Source: Bigelowiella natans CCMP2755 (Eukaryota > Protista > Cercozoa). Taken from it: a stretch of DNA of 64,000 nucleotides. Of the stretch, positions 12,100 to 25,809 are shown in pieces. The position numbers were made by a program, and so were the translations under genes. The notes below the pieces were generated by a model. That model worked only from the letters and a program-made list of their open reading frames with translations. It was not told the origin of the DNA and did no database searches. The first letter of the stretch is position 1; each line of letters begins with the position of its first letter. The stretch lies in contig ADNK01001576.1 of NCBI GenBank assembly GCA_000320545.1, positions 39,402 to 103,401 of the forward strand. Direction: 5' to 3'.

Positions 12100-13700
12100 T
12101 TTTGATAGAATCAAAGTATTTTCCATCAAGAGACATCAAATTCAGTTTGTCGCAATGCAGTTTCCGAAGCATTCAATCCGGACACGTGCTGTGTGAGCTT
12201 CCAACTTTTCCGCTTTTAGTCGTGTGGTTGCTAGAAAACGGAGCCCCTTTGGTCCTTTGTGAGCTGAATCCTGTAATCCCTGGGAAAATAAATAAAATCA
12301 GGCTTCTAGATCTATTTTTAGTTTTGCTAAATTTGTCCGATTTCAATGATTTCAAGCATCATTGGAACAGCTTCCAGTTTCTTTTGATGCATTTCCATGG
12401 ATTTCTTGTTCCCGCCTCCTCCAAACCGAACGTTGAAGTGTGCACAATCGCATGTCGTAGGGCCAATTCAAAATGAAAATGGCGCAATTGAAAGAAGTTT
12501 GCGAGCAGTCCCAATTTGCCATGCGCATTGACTGATCACACGCCTTGTTCAAGCAAAATTTGCAGACGCCACAGCGTGACAACGCAATTGAGTTCCATGT
12601 TTTCACGCGCAGTCTGCCAGTCTGGGGCCACAAATTTGCAAATGCTCCTGCAAACGTGTCCAACTCCATGCCATCTGACATCATGCTGGCATGGCCACAC
12701 AAGCATCCATGGCCCACGCACAGCAAATCCCGCGCATGCCAGGAAGGGGGTTTCAAACTTCGATGTTTTCCGCCGCGCGCTGGACTGTCTAGCTGTGCTC
12801 GTGTGTGAAAACGTCGCGTGTTCGTGCCAGCGTGGTTGAATTGTGACACTGAACAAGACTGGAAGAGTGCTGGAATGGGCGCTTTGGTGTGTTCTGGTGT
12901 TCACAAAAAGGTTTGCATTTCTGGCTTTCCAGCTTTCGTTTGTGTCACGTTTCTGGGTTTGTTTGCATGCCATTGCCGTCACAGTCACGCACCGCAATTT
13001 CACAATCACCTTTCGCAAAGACATGCCAGCATGCTGTCATGCCCAACTAGCCAAGCTAAGCGACGCACAGCATCACAGTGCATGTGCAAACGGTGGCAAC
13101 CAGCACGATGTTTCACTTGCCATTGTTCTTGTGCTGGCGTGTTCATTGCTTGAACATGGCAAGTGCAAAAAATCACAAAGCTTCCAGTGGTGAGTGCATG
13201 GAGAGTTCTCACTTTCATGGTTGAGCTAGCAAGCGAGGAAGTTGCAACGACTAGTCAGGCTAGCAGGGCTGGCTAAAAGCTGGTGGGAAAGCTAGAAAGC
13301 ATGCATCTTCAAAAACTAGAAGAGGCAGGAATCTCCAGCGTCGATGTAGACATCAAGTCGATTGCATTGACGAGAAGCAATGCTTTGTGCAAGTGCTAAT
13401 GCAACATGTTGTCAATTTGGGCTGTCTAGCTGTCGTAAAGGTGTCAAGCAATCTAGCAATGCCGTAGACAAATCCTTTCAATCCCCAAGCTAGCAAGTTG
13501 TTCTATTTCTTTGTGCACAATTCAGATCGCGCCACGGACGTGCTTGTGCGTCAGGCAAGCTGTTGCATCTAGACATCTAGCTAGCTAGACATTGCGTGCG
13601 CACATGTGACATGCAAATACGCGCAAGCACAAGAGTTTGACTTTGCATCAAATATCTGTCCAACAAGTTTTTGACAGTTCTAGAATTACTACGATGCTTC
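12100..13700. other. Intergenic TpA-purged tract (strongest in the window)
   Basis: 12460-13226 contains only three TpA (12790 CTAG, 13048 CTAG, 13057 CTAA) at roughly balanced base composition. Six overlapping ORF-track translations here have no Tyr and are Cys/His-rich. Confidence 0.92.
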
Positions 13701-13766
13701 ATTACACCATTTATTCCCTATGACACTCTGGACAGTCAACTAGCAGCTTCAAGTGGAACACTCACT

Positions 13767-14464
13767 TCATATTTCCCCAGTTATCAATGAATATGCGGTG
13801 TAAGGCAGCATCAACATCAAGGGAATGTCTCCCAAATGTGCAATAACTCCTCCAATATTCCGTCCCTTTGGACCATAAGTCTAAAACATAGAATTAAGAC
13901 TTACTCCATCTCTCCATCTTAAATCGAATAAGGGTGCTACTAGTAGTAAAGGCGAGAGGGTGGAACAAGGAAAACATCTGAAAACAAAGCCTTCATGAGA
14001 CAACAGACCTGGTATCCAACTCCATAGATGCATCTTCCAACTGCAAAGATAAAACAAAATACAGCTGACAATTTGGGGTTGAAGAACCCGTTGATAAGTG
14101 TCAGAATTATGACTTGAGACCAAGTCTCTAAATAATTCTGATGTGCTCGCTGGATGCAGTTGAACCTGAGAAATTCCACAAATATGGTTCAGTATTCCGA
14201 TGCCCATATTCAAAATTTAAGAAACAATCTTTACTTGTCTTCATGTTTATGCCCAGGTGGAGCGTAGAGAGCTGGATATACAACACCAAAATCCTTCCTA
14301 TGTGCGCGCAGGATGATTAATAGATAGAAGAAAATAGCGCACGAAAAGTGCCAATACCTTGCTTTGATAACTGAGAAGACGAGAAACATGTTTGTAAGGA
14401 AGGTAGAGAAGATTGCCAGCATGACGAATCCAAAGTCAGCGGAAAGGGTAAGTTGGACTGCCAT
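13767..14464 (-). CDS. MGST3: MAPEG-family microsomal glutathione S-transferase (MGST3-like), 4 exons
   Basis: Spliced product MAVQLTLSADFGFV...IKAR|KDFGVVYPALYAP...|FNCIQRAHQNYLE...GRCIYGVGYQ|TYGPKGRNIGG...ITGEI*. The FNCxQRAHQN motif is diagnostic. Confidence 0.9.
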
Positions 14465-14938
14465 CTTTTCTTAATGCCTTCGTTCGAATTTTGAGAGGTA
14501 TTGAAGGGCATTTATATTCTGAGACAATATCTAGTTGCCATTTAACTCTAGTAACACCCTGAAAGATTGAAGGAATGATCTCAAGGAGATGTTGCGCTAA
14601 TAGAATAGAGACGACATGAATATTCTTCTGTCTTCATTATACAATGGAATCCTTTTCTTAATGCATCGGCTAGAGCTAAGAAATAGTACTTTTATCCAAG
14701 AAACATCAAGATGGGACTACTACATCAAGTCCTCCTACGAACAAGTTTGTGTTCCAGCTATAACTGATTATGTAATTTATTATATCGTATAAATATCTAT
14801 AAAATATTTCCTTAAAAGTTGGCAATCACAAGAGCTGATAACCCACAGAAGATCGTAGACCCCCTTTCCCTATCACAGCTGGGGGGTAAGAGGTGAGACC
14901 AAGGCGGAGGACCCTGGTGCCAGGGGCCATTGTCTGTG

Positions 14939-16251
14939 ATGGATGATGATGATCTTGACTTGGATCTTGACCTGGGGAATCTGGAAGAGGTTGCTACGTA
15001 TGATGAAGTCGACAGAGCACACCTTGATAAGACTGATAGGCTAGCAATTGTTAATATTATGCTTCTATGGCCATTGATTTAACAGGATCTAAAGGATCTT
15101 GCAGCGGAAGCTGAGGGCGATGCTATTCTGGATGCAATGCTCGAAGAGCACAATATTACCACTGAGAAGACAGCTGCGGAGAAAAACGTCGGGGGGGGGA
15201 ACAATTTCGCTGGACTCGATCACTTAGACGATGGGTTAGGTTCCTTTACTCTCTCGAACGATATAGATCTAGAGGATGACGACGAGGACGATTTGCAAAA
15301 TGGCGGTGACGACAGCGGAGATAAGAAGTGCAATAAGCCAACCATCCGTCCGAAGAAACAGGCAGACATGAAGACTAGATCCAGCGTCCCATCATTGCTA
15401 TCGGTCACTCCCCCAAAGCTAGATTTTCTTGCGAAAGAACAGGCAATATCAGATCAGTATGTTGGCGGAATCTCCGCTGCGCTGACTGTGAAAAGCCAAG
15501 CAGAGACGGGTGTCGTGTTCATCGTGCTGACGAACTCCAAAGAGAACATTATCGTTAAGCCTAAATGCGGCCTTCTGATGGGTAAGAAACACATTTTATG
15601 ATATATTATTCGTATGTGCTGTAAACATTATATCCACATCTCACGAATTTGGACTTTGTGCAATTTAAGATTCCAACGCAATCGGAGTGGTTCGTGTCTA
15701 CGTGAAGTACGGGCTGAATGTCGACGCTCAAGGGAAAACGTTACCCCCTCCCAAGAACACAAAGCTGTTGTTTATATCGTATCCTATGAGCGATGAGGAG
15801 GCACAGATGTAGATAATGCTAAAAAATTCATACTTATTGCAGAATTTCTACTCTCCCCCACCACCCTCTCTTCCTGTTTCTCTTATATGCATTGTTCTGA
15901 GATCAAATTACATGATCAGCTTCGCTGATGAAGACAAGTACACACTCTGGAAAAATCTTCGTAAGAGAGATATTGATTCAGGGTAGTAAGAAAATACATA
16001 ATAGGTGAAGAGTGGTTGGTTGTTGGGGTAGTAGTAGTAGTAGTAGTAGTAGTAGTATTTGTAGGTGTGCAAATCCCCCCTTCCTCTCGTGTCTACATCT
16101 TCTTGGACCTTTGATTGAGTTTGTGTTGTAATTTTGAAACAGATCTCTCACCGTGATTCCTCTGTCCTGGAAAGAGGTCAGTTTTCACAGCACAATAAAG
16201 CAATACGATAGAAGTCACGTATGTAACCAAAACGGACTGCCCATATCCATC

Positions 16252-16291
<40 letters not shown>

Positions 16292-17252
16292 TTCTCTTTT
16301 CTATTTCCGTTTGCTCTTCCTGTGCTTTGCATATATGCCGTAAGTATTTTGCTAGCGTTCCCACGCTGAATGTAGCTCATATCATAACCAACGATGGCAG
16401 ATTCAAATAATAGATCCCAGAAAACTAGCACAAAACTGAGTTTTATTTCGTTGCTTTGGCTCCTACTAATACCATTGCTTTTACTACTACCACTACCACA
16501 ACTGCTCCTGCTACTGCTACTACTATTCTCTCCAGGTTGAAAGCGGAAAGGGGGCTAATGTTAAGATATCTCCGGGCTATCTTCCCTACTACCAGAACCC
16601 AGAGAATCTTGACATGTGGGCTGCAAAGACAACAATTTCCGTTGCGAAGGCTGCGGAGGAAGGATACGTCTGGCAAGTATGTGTGTAGCTCCGACTTTCG
16701 TGTCCTTCGGTCTTTCATAAAGCCTTGGGGATAGTTGTAGGAGACTGAGCATTTTTCTTATGTTTGGTTTAAAGTTAATACTAAGTTTGTTTGTGCGTGT
16801 GTGCGTGTGTTTGTGTGTGTGCGTGTGTGTGTGTGCGTGTTTATGTGCTTATGGTGCGTGCGGGATCGTTTTGTGTTGGATGTAATTATATCTATTCATA
16901 TTTTAATGCCTCGCAGGTAAAGACGGACGCCCCTGATAGACAACAGTTGCTACCGGAAACATCGGGATACTTGCCTCCAGGGAGCTCTAAAAGTCTCTTT
17001 CGTTTTCATCGATCACCGTTGATTACTCTTGCCACACACACACACACACACACACACACATTAGCATTACGCACGTGTGATGAGCGTCTGTGTTTGTATG
17101 CAGGCATATATACCGTGGTGGAAGGAGGCCATGGTAGTGTTTCTGATATGAGGGAGACGGAACATCGATTGCTTCTACTCTACTCCCCAATATCACCGGT
17201 AGTTTGTGTATGCTGCGTTTGAAGCAGAGAAGGATATATAGCTAGGTGTAAT

Positions 17253-17300
<48 letters not shown>

Positions 17301-18113
17301 CGTGTGTGTTACTTTATAGATATGTACTTTTGGTCGATAATTTCAACACGAAGTTGTGAAAGCTACGCTAACATTTTTGAATGCTTTTGCTGTGATCTGC
17401 TTACACCACGCCGCAAGATCGAGCTTCCAGAAAAACCCGAGCATATCTTCGACGCGACAACCTATCCTCAGTCAGAACTTTGATTAGCATCGCTGCACGA
17501 ATCAGTTGCACATCCGCATACGATACGTTTCTCACAATTTTCGAATTCATATGAAAACTTATGCCTCTGACCCTCTGCACGTAGCAAATAAAATATAGCC
17601 TTCAGGACGAGGAAAATTCCTTTTCAACAACACCAACAAAAGCCGCATCTATTTCGCAGCATCAGAATCTTAAATGGTTCCGAATATGTCAGCATGCGCA
17701 TCAAGGCTGGTTTTGATTGTTTGGTCAGGATGGTGTGGTTTGAGAGGGTACTCAGCTGCAAGTACGGCTACTTAGCTCAACCACCAGAATCATCGTTTCC
17801 ATCCACCGCCCCCCATGGCAATGTAGAAATTAGTCCTGACAACACTCCGAGAAAGGGGGAGAGGAAGCAATCAAGAGACGTCACTCCCACGCGCGGTAAA
17901 CATCGTACACCGCGTCGCTTGCCTCGCCGAACGAGCAGCTTTAGCGAAGTCTCCTCTCCCATCAAGTCTCCCAAATCGCCTATGAGTGAGGGTGGGGATA
18001 ATTTTGGTGCCTCCTTCATGCTCGACAAAGAGCAAAGATCTGGTTGATACACACAGAGCATTGCTCACGCATAGACCACGCATGTTGTCCTTCACGAGAG
18101 CTGATAGTGAGCG

Positions 18114-18156
<43 letters not shown>

Positions 18157-18256
18157 TGAGAATACTCTGGGGGAGGGGGCGGGTGGAAACTTGATAGTGA
18201 AATCTACGACGCAGAAACACAAGCACGCACAGAGAGCAAAACTTTCCGTTTGTTCG

Positions 18257-18328
<72 letters not shown>

Positions 18329-18725
18329 AACATATATTTGTGTGATATGCACGTATTACAAAATTTCCACGGATCTTATCAATAAAGTAGCTTTATACAT
18401 TGCCAGACGAGCCCATACCTATGGGCGTGAGTCAAATGCGTGTCAAGTGCAACCCCCTAGCTTCCACACCAGAGCCGCACACAGTAAAGCTCTCCAACAA
18501 GGTCTTTCATCCTTATTGCAAAGAATAATATAAAGGGAAACATCGAGGCATTCTTTTTTGATATCAGGGATCACAACGAATAGCCTTTCGAGTGTCATTC
18601 CTTGGAGACCCTGAAACAACACGCCCGCTCACTGTAAGGCCGTCTGTTGGCTTTATAGACGCGGGGAAGAAGGTGTCAATTACAGATGTTTCTGCTGTTC
18701 TCTCTCTCTCGCTCTCTCTCTCTCG

Positions 18726-18762
<37 letters not shown>

Positions 18763-19111
18763 GTGTATGTGTGTGTGTTTTTCCAAGTACATGAGTTTCT
18801 TTCCGAATCCATCAGGCGAGACTGCTTCTTCTTTTTCAACCACCGGATTTGGACGCAAACCTAGGTGACAAGTGACTGTCCTCCTCGTCGTACAGTAAAC
18901 GTTGCAGCTGGCGTATTATGCACGCAGTTGTCTTTGCGTGTTCCCCATCGATTTCTCTATATCAAATCTTAGATGTATGCATGTGTGTCATGTATGTATA
19001 CGGTGCAGCAAATCCTGAGTTGAAGATCGATATGCTCATCGCTCCCAAAGCAGCGAAGAAAAGGGAGTATGAGGATGCAGAGGAGGTGGATATTCCAACG
19101 CACATGCGAGT

Positions 19112-19151
<40 letters not shown>

Positions 19152-19439
19152 TCTTCCTCCCCCCCCGCCCGCCCGCTCCTCAACCACACATACAGACAGA
19201 CACAAATTCACACACAAAGAGAAGAATATGGGGGGGGGGGAGAGAGAGAGAGAGAGTGAGAGAAAATAAAAAGGAGTCAATAAAAATTCTGTTTCATAAA
19301 GTTTTAAGTTGTTAAAAATTGCAAATACGTCACCAGATATGGACGGCAGAGGTGGAGCCTACGTACTGCGCCGAGATGAAATGCGAGTGCAAATGCTGTA
19401 CCGCAGGGTATGTTCATACATAATATAAATATGTACATA

Positions 19440-19476
<37 letters not shown>

Positions 19477-20488
19477 AATATACATATTTATCGAATGTCA
19501 TCTACAATTGCAACGATGAAACTGCACGTGCACAGCAACGAAGATTGCAAGCGTTTGAGTACGACAACATCAATCATAAATGGAATCAAGCCAACATTGC
19601 AAATTCATCCTCTCCCAGATCTCCGACTATGCGCAGAGGATATACACCAACAGCCGTCTCCTCAACGTCACCCCGAGGCGGAAGTTTCTCCTTCTCTGAA
19701 GGGAGTCAAGGGGATGGAAATCTGCCTAAACACGCTGGAGGCGTCCTTAAGATGGTTTTCTCCAAGCTGCATCAGTTGGGCCTCTCAGTCGATGATGTCG
19801 CAGCAAATCCCAGGTTCATTCGGCATGAATCGCGCACTTACACATCGACAAAGGAGACTCACACATGAGGAACATTCGTATTCATTTAGACAATAGATGA
19901 ATGCCAATGTATGTGGATCGACGTTCGCAGAGAATTTCAAAGTGCATAGTGTGCACGAATCTTCACTTTGTTACGAATGTGGGTGCATGCGGTGAATTTT
20001 TGGGGCGTTTTCATCCAAAACCGAGGTGACATGTCTAAATGACATGTTTTTTGCACACGTGCGTGTGGTCTTAGTGCTGTATCACGTGCCTTGAAGATTG
20101 CTCTCCAAGAAGATGCAAGAAAGAAAAAAGAACAGCGGAAGAGTCCTGATGCATCTGCAGACGCCTCTGGCGTCATTCCTCCTCCTCCACCAGCAGGGCT
20201 GCTCCCCCCCCCTCCTCCAGGGGATGGAGTTCCGCCGCCGCCGGCTTTGGGAAGCATCCCCCCCCCACCGCAGTTGGATGGAGCGCTGCCACCACCACCG
20301 GGTATAGCAGGTGTTCCACCGCCTCCAGGAGGTAAAAGTGCAATCATGCAGCATGTTTGTTGGACGAAGTAAGAAAGAAGAGGAATGGTTCCCGCTTTAA
20401 TCCTCTCCACCATGGCTAGAGCAGAGATGTAATCCTCTCGATCATGGTTGAACCGGAGATGTCCTGAGAAAACGGCACAAACACGCAC

Positions 20489-20527
<39 letters not shown>

Positions 20528-21777
20528 GCGTTGCGTTGCGTTCCAATGGATTTTCTTTTGTTTCGAGTTAAGCGAAGTTTTTCTGTAACATCAGGTATCC
20601 CCCCTCCCCCAGGAATGGGCGGTATCCCCCCTCCCCCAGGAATGGGCGGTGTCCCGCCCCCCCCAGGGATGGGAGGGGGGTTGCCCCCTCCCCCAAAGGC
20701 CGGGGAGAATGTTCGAAAGAAATCGAAAGAAGAGATTAAGAGGGAGAAGGAGGAGCAAGCATTGCTGGCAATGGGCCTGCAGAAAAAGGTGATACTACCA
20801 CTACGTTGGGTTTTTCTCTGTTCTAGTCTTCTCTCCCTCGTATCTCTCGTTCTCAAATCCAACATGCGCCTTCCTATCAGCTGCTGCATGCAGTGAATCA
20901 ACGTTTCCATGTTCTTAGAACAAATATCGAGGGAAAGCGCACAAAGCCTGTATTTTGCTGCAAATGATAAATAGGTGATGGATACGCCGACGCCTAACCG
21001 TAAGATGAAGCGGCTACATTGGGACTCTTTAGACGCTACTTCTATCAAGGTGTGTTTGTTTATTGTGCAGCGAAAACACATTTTCCGTAGTGATTGTATA
21101 TGCGCGCACGTGCTCAGTTACTTTCTCTTTTCCTGTTTCTCAATTTCTATTTTCTCAAATGTCGGAGCGTGTGTGTGTGTTTGTGTGTGCGTTTTGTGTA
21201 TATGAGTAATATGTTTATCACGAGGAAGGACAGAGAAATGCATTTCGGACTGATTTAACCGTATTTGTGAAAAGGATACGATATTCCACGAGCTTCTCAA
21301 AGAGGAGGAAAATGATGAAGACGACTTTGATTCAAAGGTAACATATCCAATTGAAAAAGAGCAAAAAGTCTCTGGATCAATGGAGTGATGCAAATGAAAT
21401 AATCACTAAGGGATTCGAAGCCGCTTTCGGAGCTATAGTCGCAAAGGCTAAGAAGAAGAAGAAAAAGAAGGATATGGATAATGTGAGAAACCATCAGAAT
21501 CGGATTTGTGTTGAATATCACCATGAATAATGTGGCCTTATTAGAAGAGTGCGAATAAAGCTGCGGAAAAGAAGAAGAAGTCCGTTCAACTTCTGGACGC
21601 CAAGACGACTCGAAACGTGCTGATCGCTACTTCGAGAATCAAAGGCTCCAAGGAGGTATGAGAATGAGCGATGCGTGCGGCAAGTTCATTGATAAGCACT
21701 ATTATTGATCGTAGAATATGGCAGATTTCCACGTCATAGATGCGGTTTTATAAAAACCTTTGCGTGTTGTTTGTATG

Positions 21778-21821
<44 letters not shown>

Positions 21822-21955
21822 GGTTCATAAAAGGAATTGGTGGCAAATTTAATCGGAATGAGAAGAGGGAAGCTCGACGTTGAAACGCTACGCCGTGTGC
21901 AAGGTAGGACGCACGACAGTACCGAAGCAGCTGTTTCTTCTCTCTCCCCTCTTTC

Positions 21956-22013
<58 letters not shown>

Positions 22014-22370
22014 TCTTTCCAATTTCTTTCTTTCACACATAAATATGCATACGCAGGCATATTTCCTTCTCCGGAGGAAATCGCTACCGTTGCAAGGTAT
22101 AAAGGCAAGGCAGAGGACCTGGCGGAGACGGAGAGGCTTTTTCTCGCATTTGCAAAGGATAAGTCACTGAAGAGGAAGATATCTTGGATGCTGTACATGG
22201 CCGATTTTCCAGCTGTTTGCCGCGAGCTCAAGAGAAAGCTGGATGTCCTTAACAAGGCTATTCATTCTCTGATAAACTCGCAGGTTTAAAGGCCGAACGT
22301 ATAAATGCTCGTGTGTATATCATTGCGTGAGCATGCGATTGTGTATGTGTTTGTATGTGCCTAAGCGGAT

Positions 22371-22411
<41 letters not shown>

Positions 22412-22743
22412 TCTCTGCCTGTGGCCTTCAGTGCTTGAGGCTGCTGCTTCGTATCGTCCTGAAGCTAGGCAACTACATGAATGCTGGGTCGAAGAAAGGC
22501 CGGGCATACGGGTATGGGGCACAGGCATAAAAAAGATCATCATTTTACCATGCTGTAGTTTCGTAGGCTTGCGGGTAGATGAAAGAGAGGCAGAAAGGAT
22601 AACGTTTTTAGCAAAAGCTGTTTCTGCCTATTCTCGCCCTTAGCACCCAACAGAAGCCATCCTTTTTTTGGGTTTTTGTGAGCTGCAGAATGCCAGCTCT
22701 GTCATGGTTCTCCCTAATCTAACTTTGCTGAAATTTTCCTTTG

Positions 22744-22784
<41 letters not shown>

Positions 22785-23344
22785 GTCCGTCCTCGCTCTA
22801 AACTTGTAAGATTCAAGCTGAAGACACTCATGCAACTCTCTGGCATCAAAAGTGCCGATAGGAAGACTAGTCTTCTCGGATATGCCATAAAGCATATGAT
22901 AGAGAAAAATCATGATCCAACACAGATTCTTACCGATCTTAAAGATGTCGAGGCTGCGGCTCGGGTAGTTCTAGCATGCCCCCCCCCCTTCCCTCCTCCC
23001 TCCTTCCTTTCCTCTGGTTGTGTCGGTACATTTGGACTTTGCATTTAGCGTTTTGAGTGTCAAGATTTCGTGTTGCGATTTACACGAATAAGCGTCTTGT
23101 TGATTGACACGTATTTTGAATCAGATTGAATCAAAAGCCCTGTCCTCGGAAGTGGCAAAGATGGGAACAATTGTGCGGGCAATGACGGATAAAATTCTGA
23201 ACAAAAAATCCGTAATAAGCAGAATCGCCTATACATTTTTCCTTTTTCCCGCCGTTTGTGCGCATTTTTGCTGAAGCGGAGAAGCCAATGATCGATATGT
23301 TGTTATCTATTGAAATCGCGCGTTGCTAACTATCAGCGTCCTTA

Positions 23345-23398
<54 letters not shown>

Positions 23399-23667
23399 CG
23401 TGTGTCATGATCACAAAGGTGAGTGAAGCTAAGGAATTGGCGGAGTACCCCGATGATGTCATCGTATTTTGTGAGAAAGGTTCGTCTCTGCTATACTCAA
23501 AACTGCCATGCTTCCATCAAGTATATCTCTTCCGGCGTCTATATCGTTCTCCTACTTATCGATCCCTTTATTTTTTGTACAAAGCGAGAATTGTGACAAG
23601 ATGCAATTAAGATTGAGATCGAGAGAGAGAATCATACACAAATGAGACTATATGTGTAGACTATATA

Positions 23668-23710
<43 letters not shown>

Positions 23711-24019
23711 TATTTTCAGGGGCAGAGGAGCATCGTCTCCTGAGTGATTCTGTGGAGAAGACAAAGGGTATGTTCTCTCTAGGAGTCACGTTAAAGAAAG
23801 GCCATTCCTAGGAGAGATTGAAAACAATTTGGTTGCATAGGAAAACCATTGTGTTTGTTTGGAAGAACGCACCGTGTCAAGCCGAGCTTGTCTGCTTGAA
23901 TCATGGCTGAATACTATCATAATTATTGTCTAAATTGTGTAGGAGAATTTCTTAAGATGACGAATTTCTTCACGCTGGAGATGAAGGATAAAACCGCATT
24001 CGAAGAGGCTTTTAAGCTA

Positions 24020-24073
<54 letters not shown>

Positions 24074-25113
24074 TCCTCTCCTTCTTTTCTTCTCCGCCCC
24101 ACCCACTCCTTCTCTCTCTCCTCCACTCTAAGATCTACAATGGCGATTTCCTTAAAATCATACAAGTCCACATACAAGTATACGTAATACAAATATTCAC
24201 GACGCATACCGTTTGGTTGGTGTTTTGAACGAAAAAGGGCTGAATTCCTCAATCACTTCCGTCCTGCGCTTAAGCTCGCAGCTCCAAAGAAGGTGAAGAG
24301 CAAGACACCGGCAGCGGCAGCAAAAGCCGAAGGCGAGACAAGCAAGAAGAGTGAAGGCAAGGCAGGAGGGGATGGTAGGTCGCCCGGTAGGCGGCGTTCT
24401 TCTATCACCTTTAAAATCAGGCGGAAGAAGAAGACTGCTACGGGTGGTACTGACACGGCCAAAGCAACTCCAGAGAAAGGTAGAGGAGGACAAGGAGGCC
24501 AATCACCATCTCCAACCACAGTCGTTTCAGATCCTACCGCCCCCAAAGCAGCTATGGCCTCATCCTTATCCGCAGAAGCGCCTGATGCCTGCAAAAAAAC
24601 GACTGCGACGAAACTGCCCAACGTGAGAGAAGAGTCGGCCGAGGAGTCGGGGGGGGACAAAGGAGATACCAATTCGAAACAGAAAGGAGGAGAAGCAACA
24701 GCGGCTTCATGTAAAGACGAGAAGGGTGACACGGCGGCGGGGCAGAAAGAGGTAGAGCAAAAGGCTGCCAATTCAGCTTTCGCCGAACTAGAAGCTTTCG
24801 CTATGATCGGAGCAGATTCAGAGGCTGCGACAAGCCAAGACCGCCCTGGCAAAAGAGGCGAAAAGGAGAGTGCAGGCAGACGAAAGACTACAGCTGTACA
24901 TGGTAGGATGCAGCGGGTTGATGATCGAAAGGAATCGTTGGAAGATAGCGAGAAGGCGCAAAATGAAGAACGTAGAAAAGAAGGAAAAGAAGGGACACAA
25001 GGCGTTGTTGCTGTGTCCCAGAAATCCAAATCACCAACGAGCGCTGCAGAAAAGGAGGCCGCTAGAAGGGCTTTTGCTGCGGTAGTTGTAAATCACATAT
25101 GCACACAAACACA

Positions 25114-25153
<40 letters not shown>

Positions 25154-25761
25154 GTACATATATTCACACATTCATATGCTGCGCACATGGCGATATAATC
25201 CTGCTGATGCGACACACACATTCTGTCACTCGCTCTCAGGTCGAGACCGCTGTATTAGATGTGCAGCAGTTTGAAGCAGCTGAGCGTTTTGCAGTTGCAC
25301 TAGTGCCAGAGAAGGCCGCACATACAGATAATAGGAAGGGGGGAGGCGAGCAGTGTGGCAATGTGAATGTGGAATCGCATGTAGTGAGCACACGTTCGAA
25401 AAGGGCAAAGGAGACACCGGAAAGTAGCAGTAGAGGGGTAGGGATGAACTCGTCAGAATCATCATCATCTACTTCACTCGTCCCGAGCAAGGTGGTGAAA
25501 TACAGAAAGGCACTGTACAAAAGCACTAGCATAAAGATATATAGGCCTCACACACTCGCATCTGATACTGTGCACCACACCAAAAACAGGGTATTCCAGA
25601 GCAAAAAGCGATGGAATCAAAGAAAACGCCATTGCCCAGACGAATGAATCTAATGGTTCTATCGGATCTTGCCATTAAGAAGGGTAAGAAATTCGGAGCC
25701 TTTGGAGCAAAGGTTATCACACACCAACACATATGCATGCATACTCTGATTGTAGATATAA

Positions 25762-25809
<48 letters not shown>

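Noticed and set aside
12352-13218. Seven overlapping ORFs on both strands suggesting a compact gene cluster or viral insert
   Set aside because: They arise because TAA/TAG stops vanish when TpA is purged. The translations are almost Tyr-free, Cys/His-rich and have no motifs.
12100-13700. CpG-methylation decay or classical RIP as the cause of the CA/TG excess
   Set aside because: CpG is retained, and RIP would create TpA rather than remove it.
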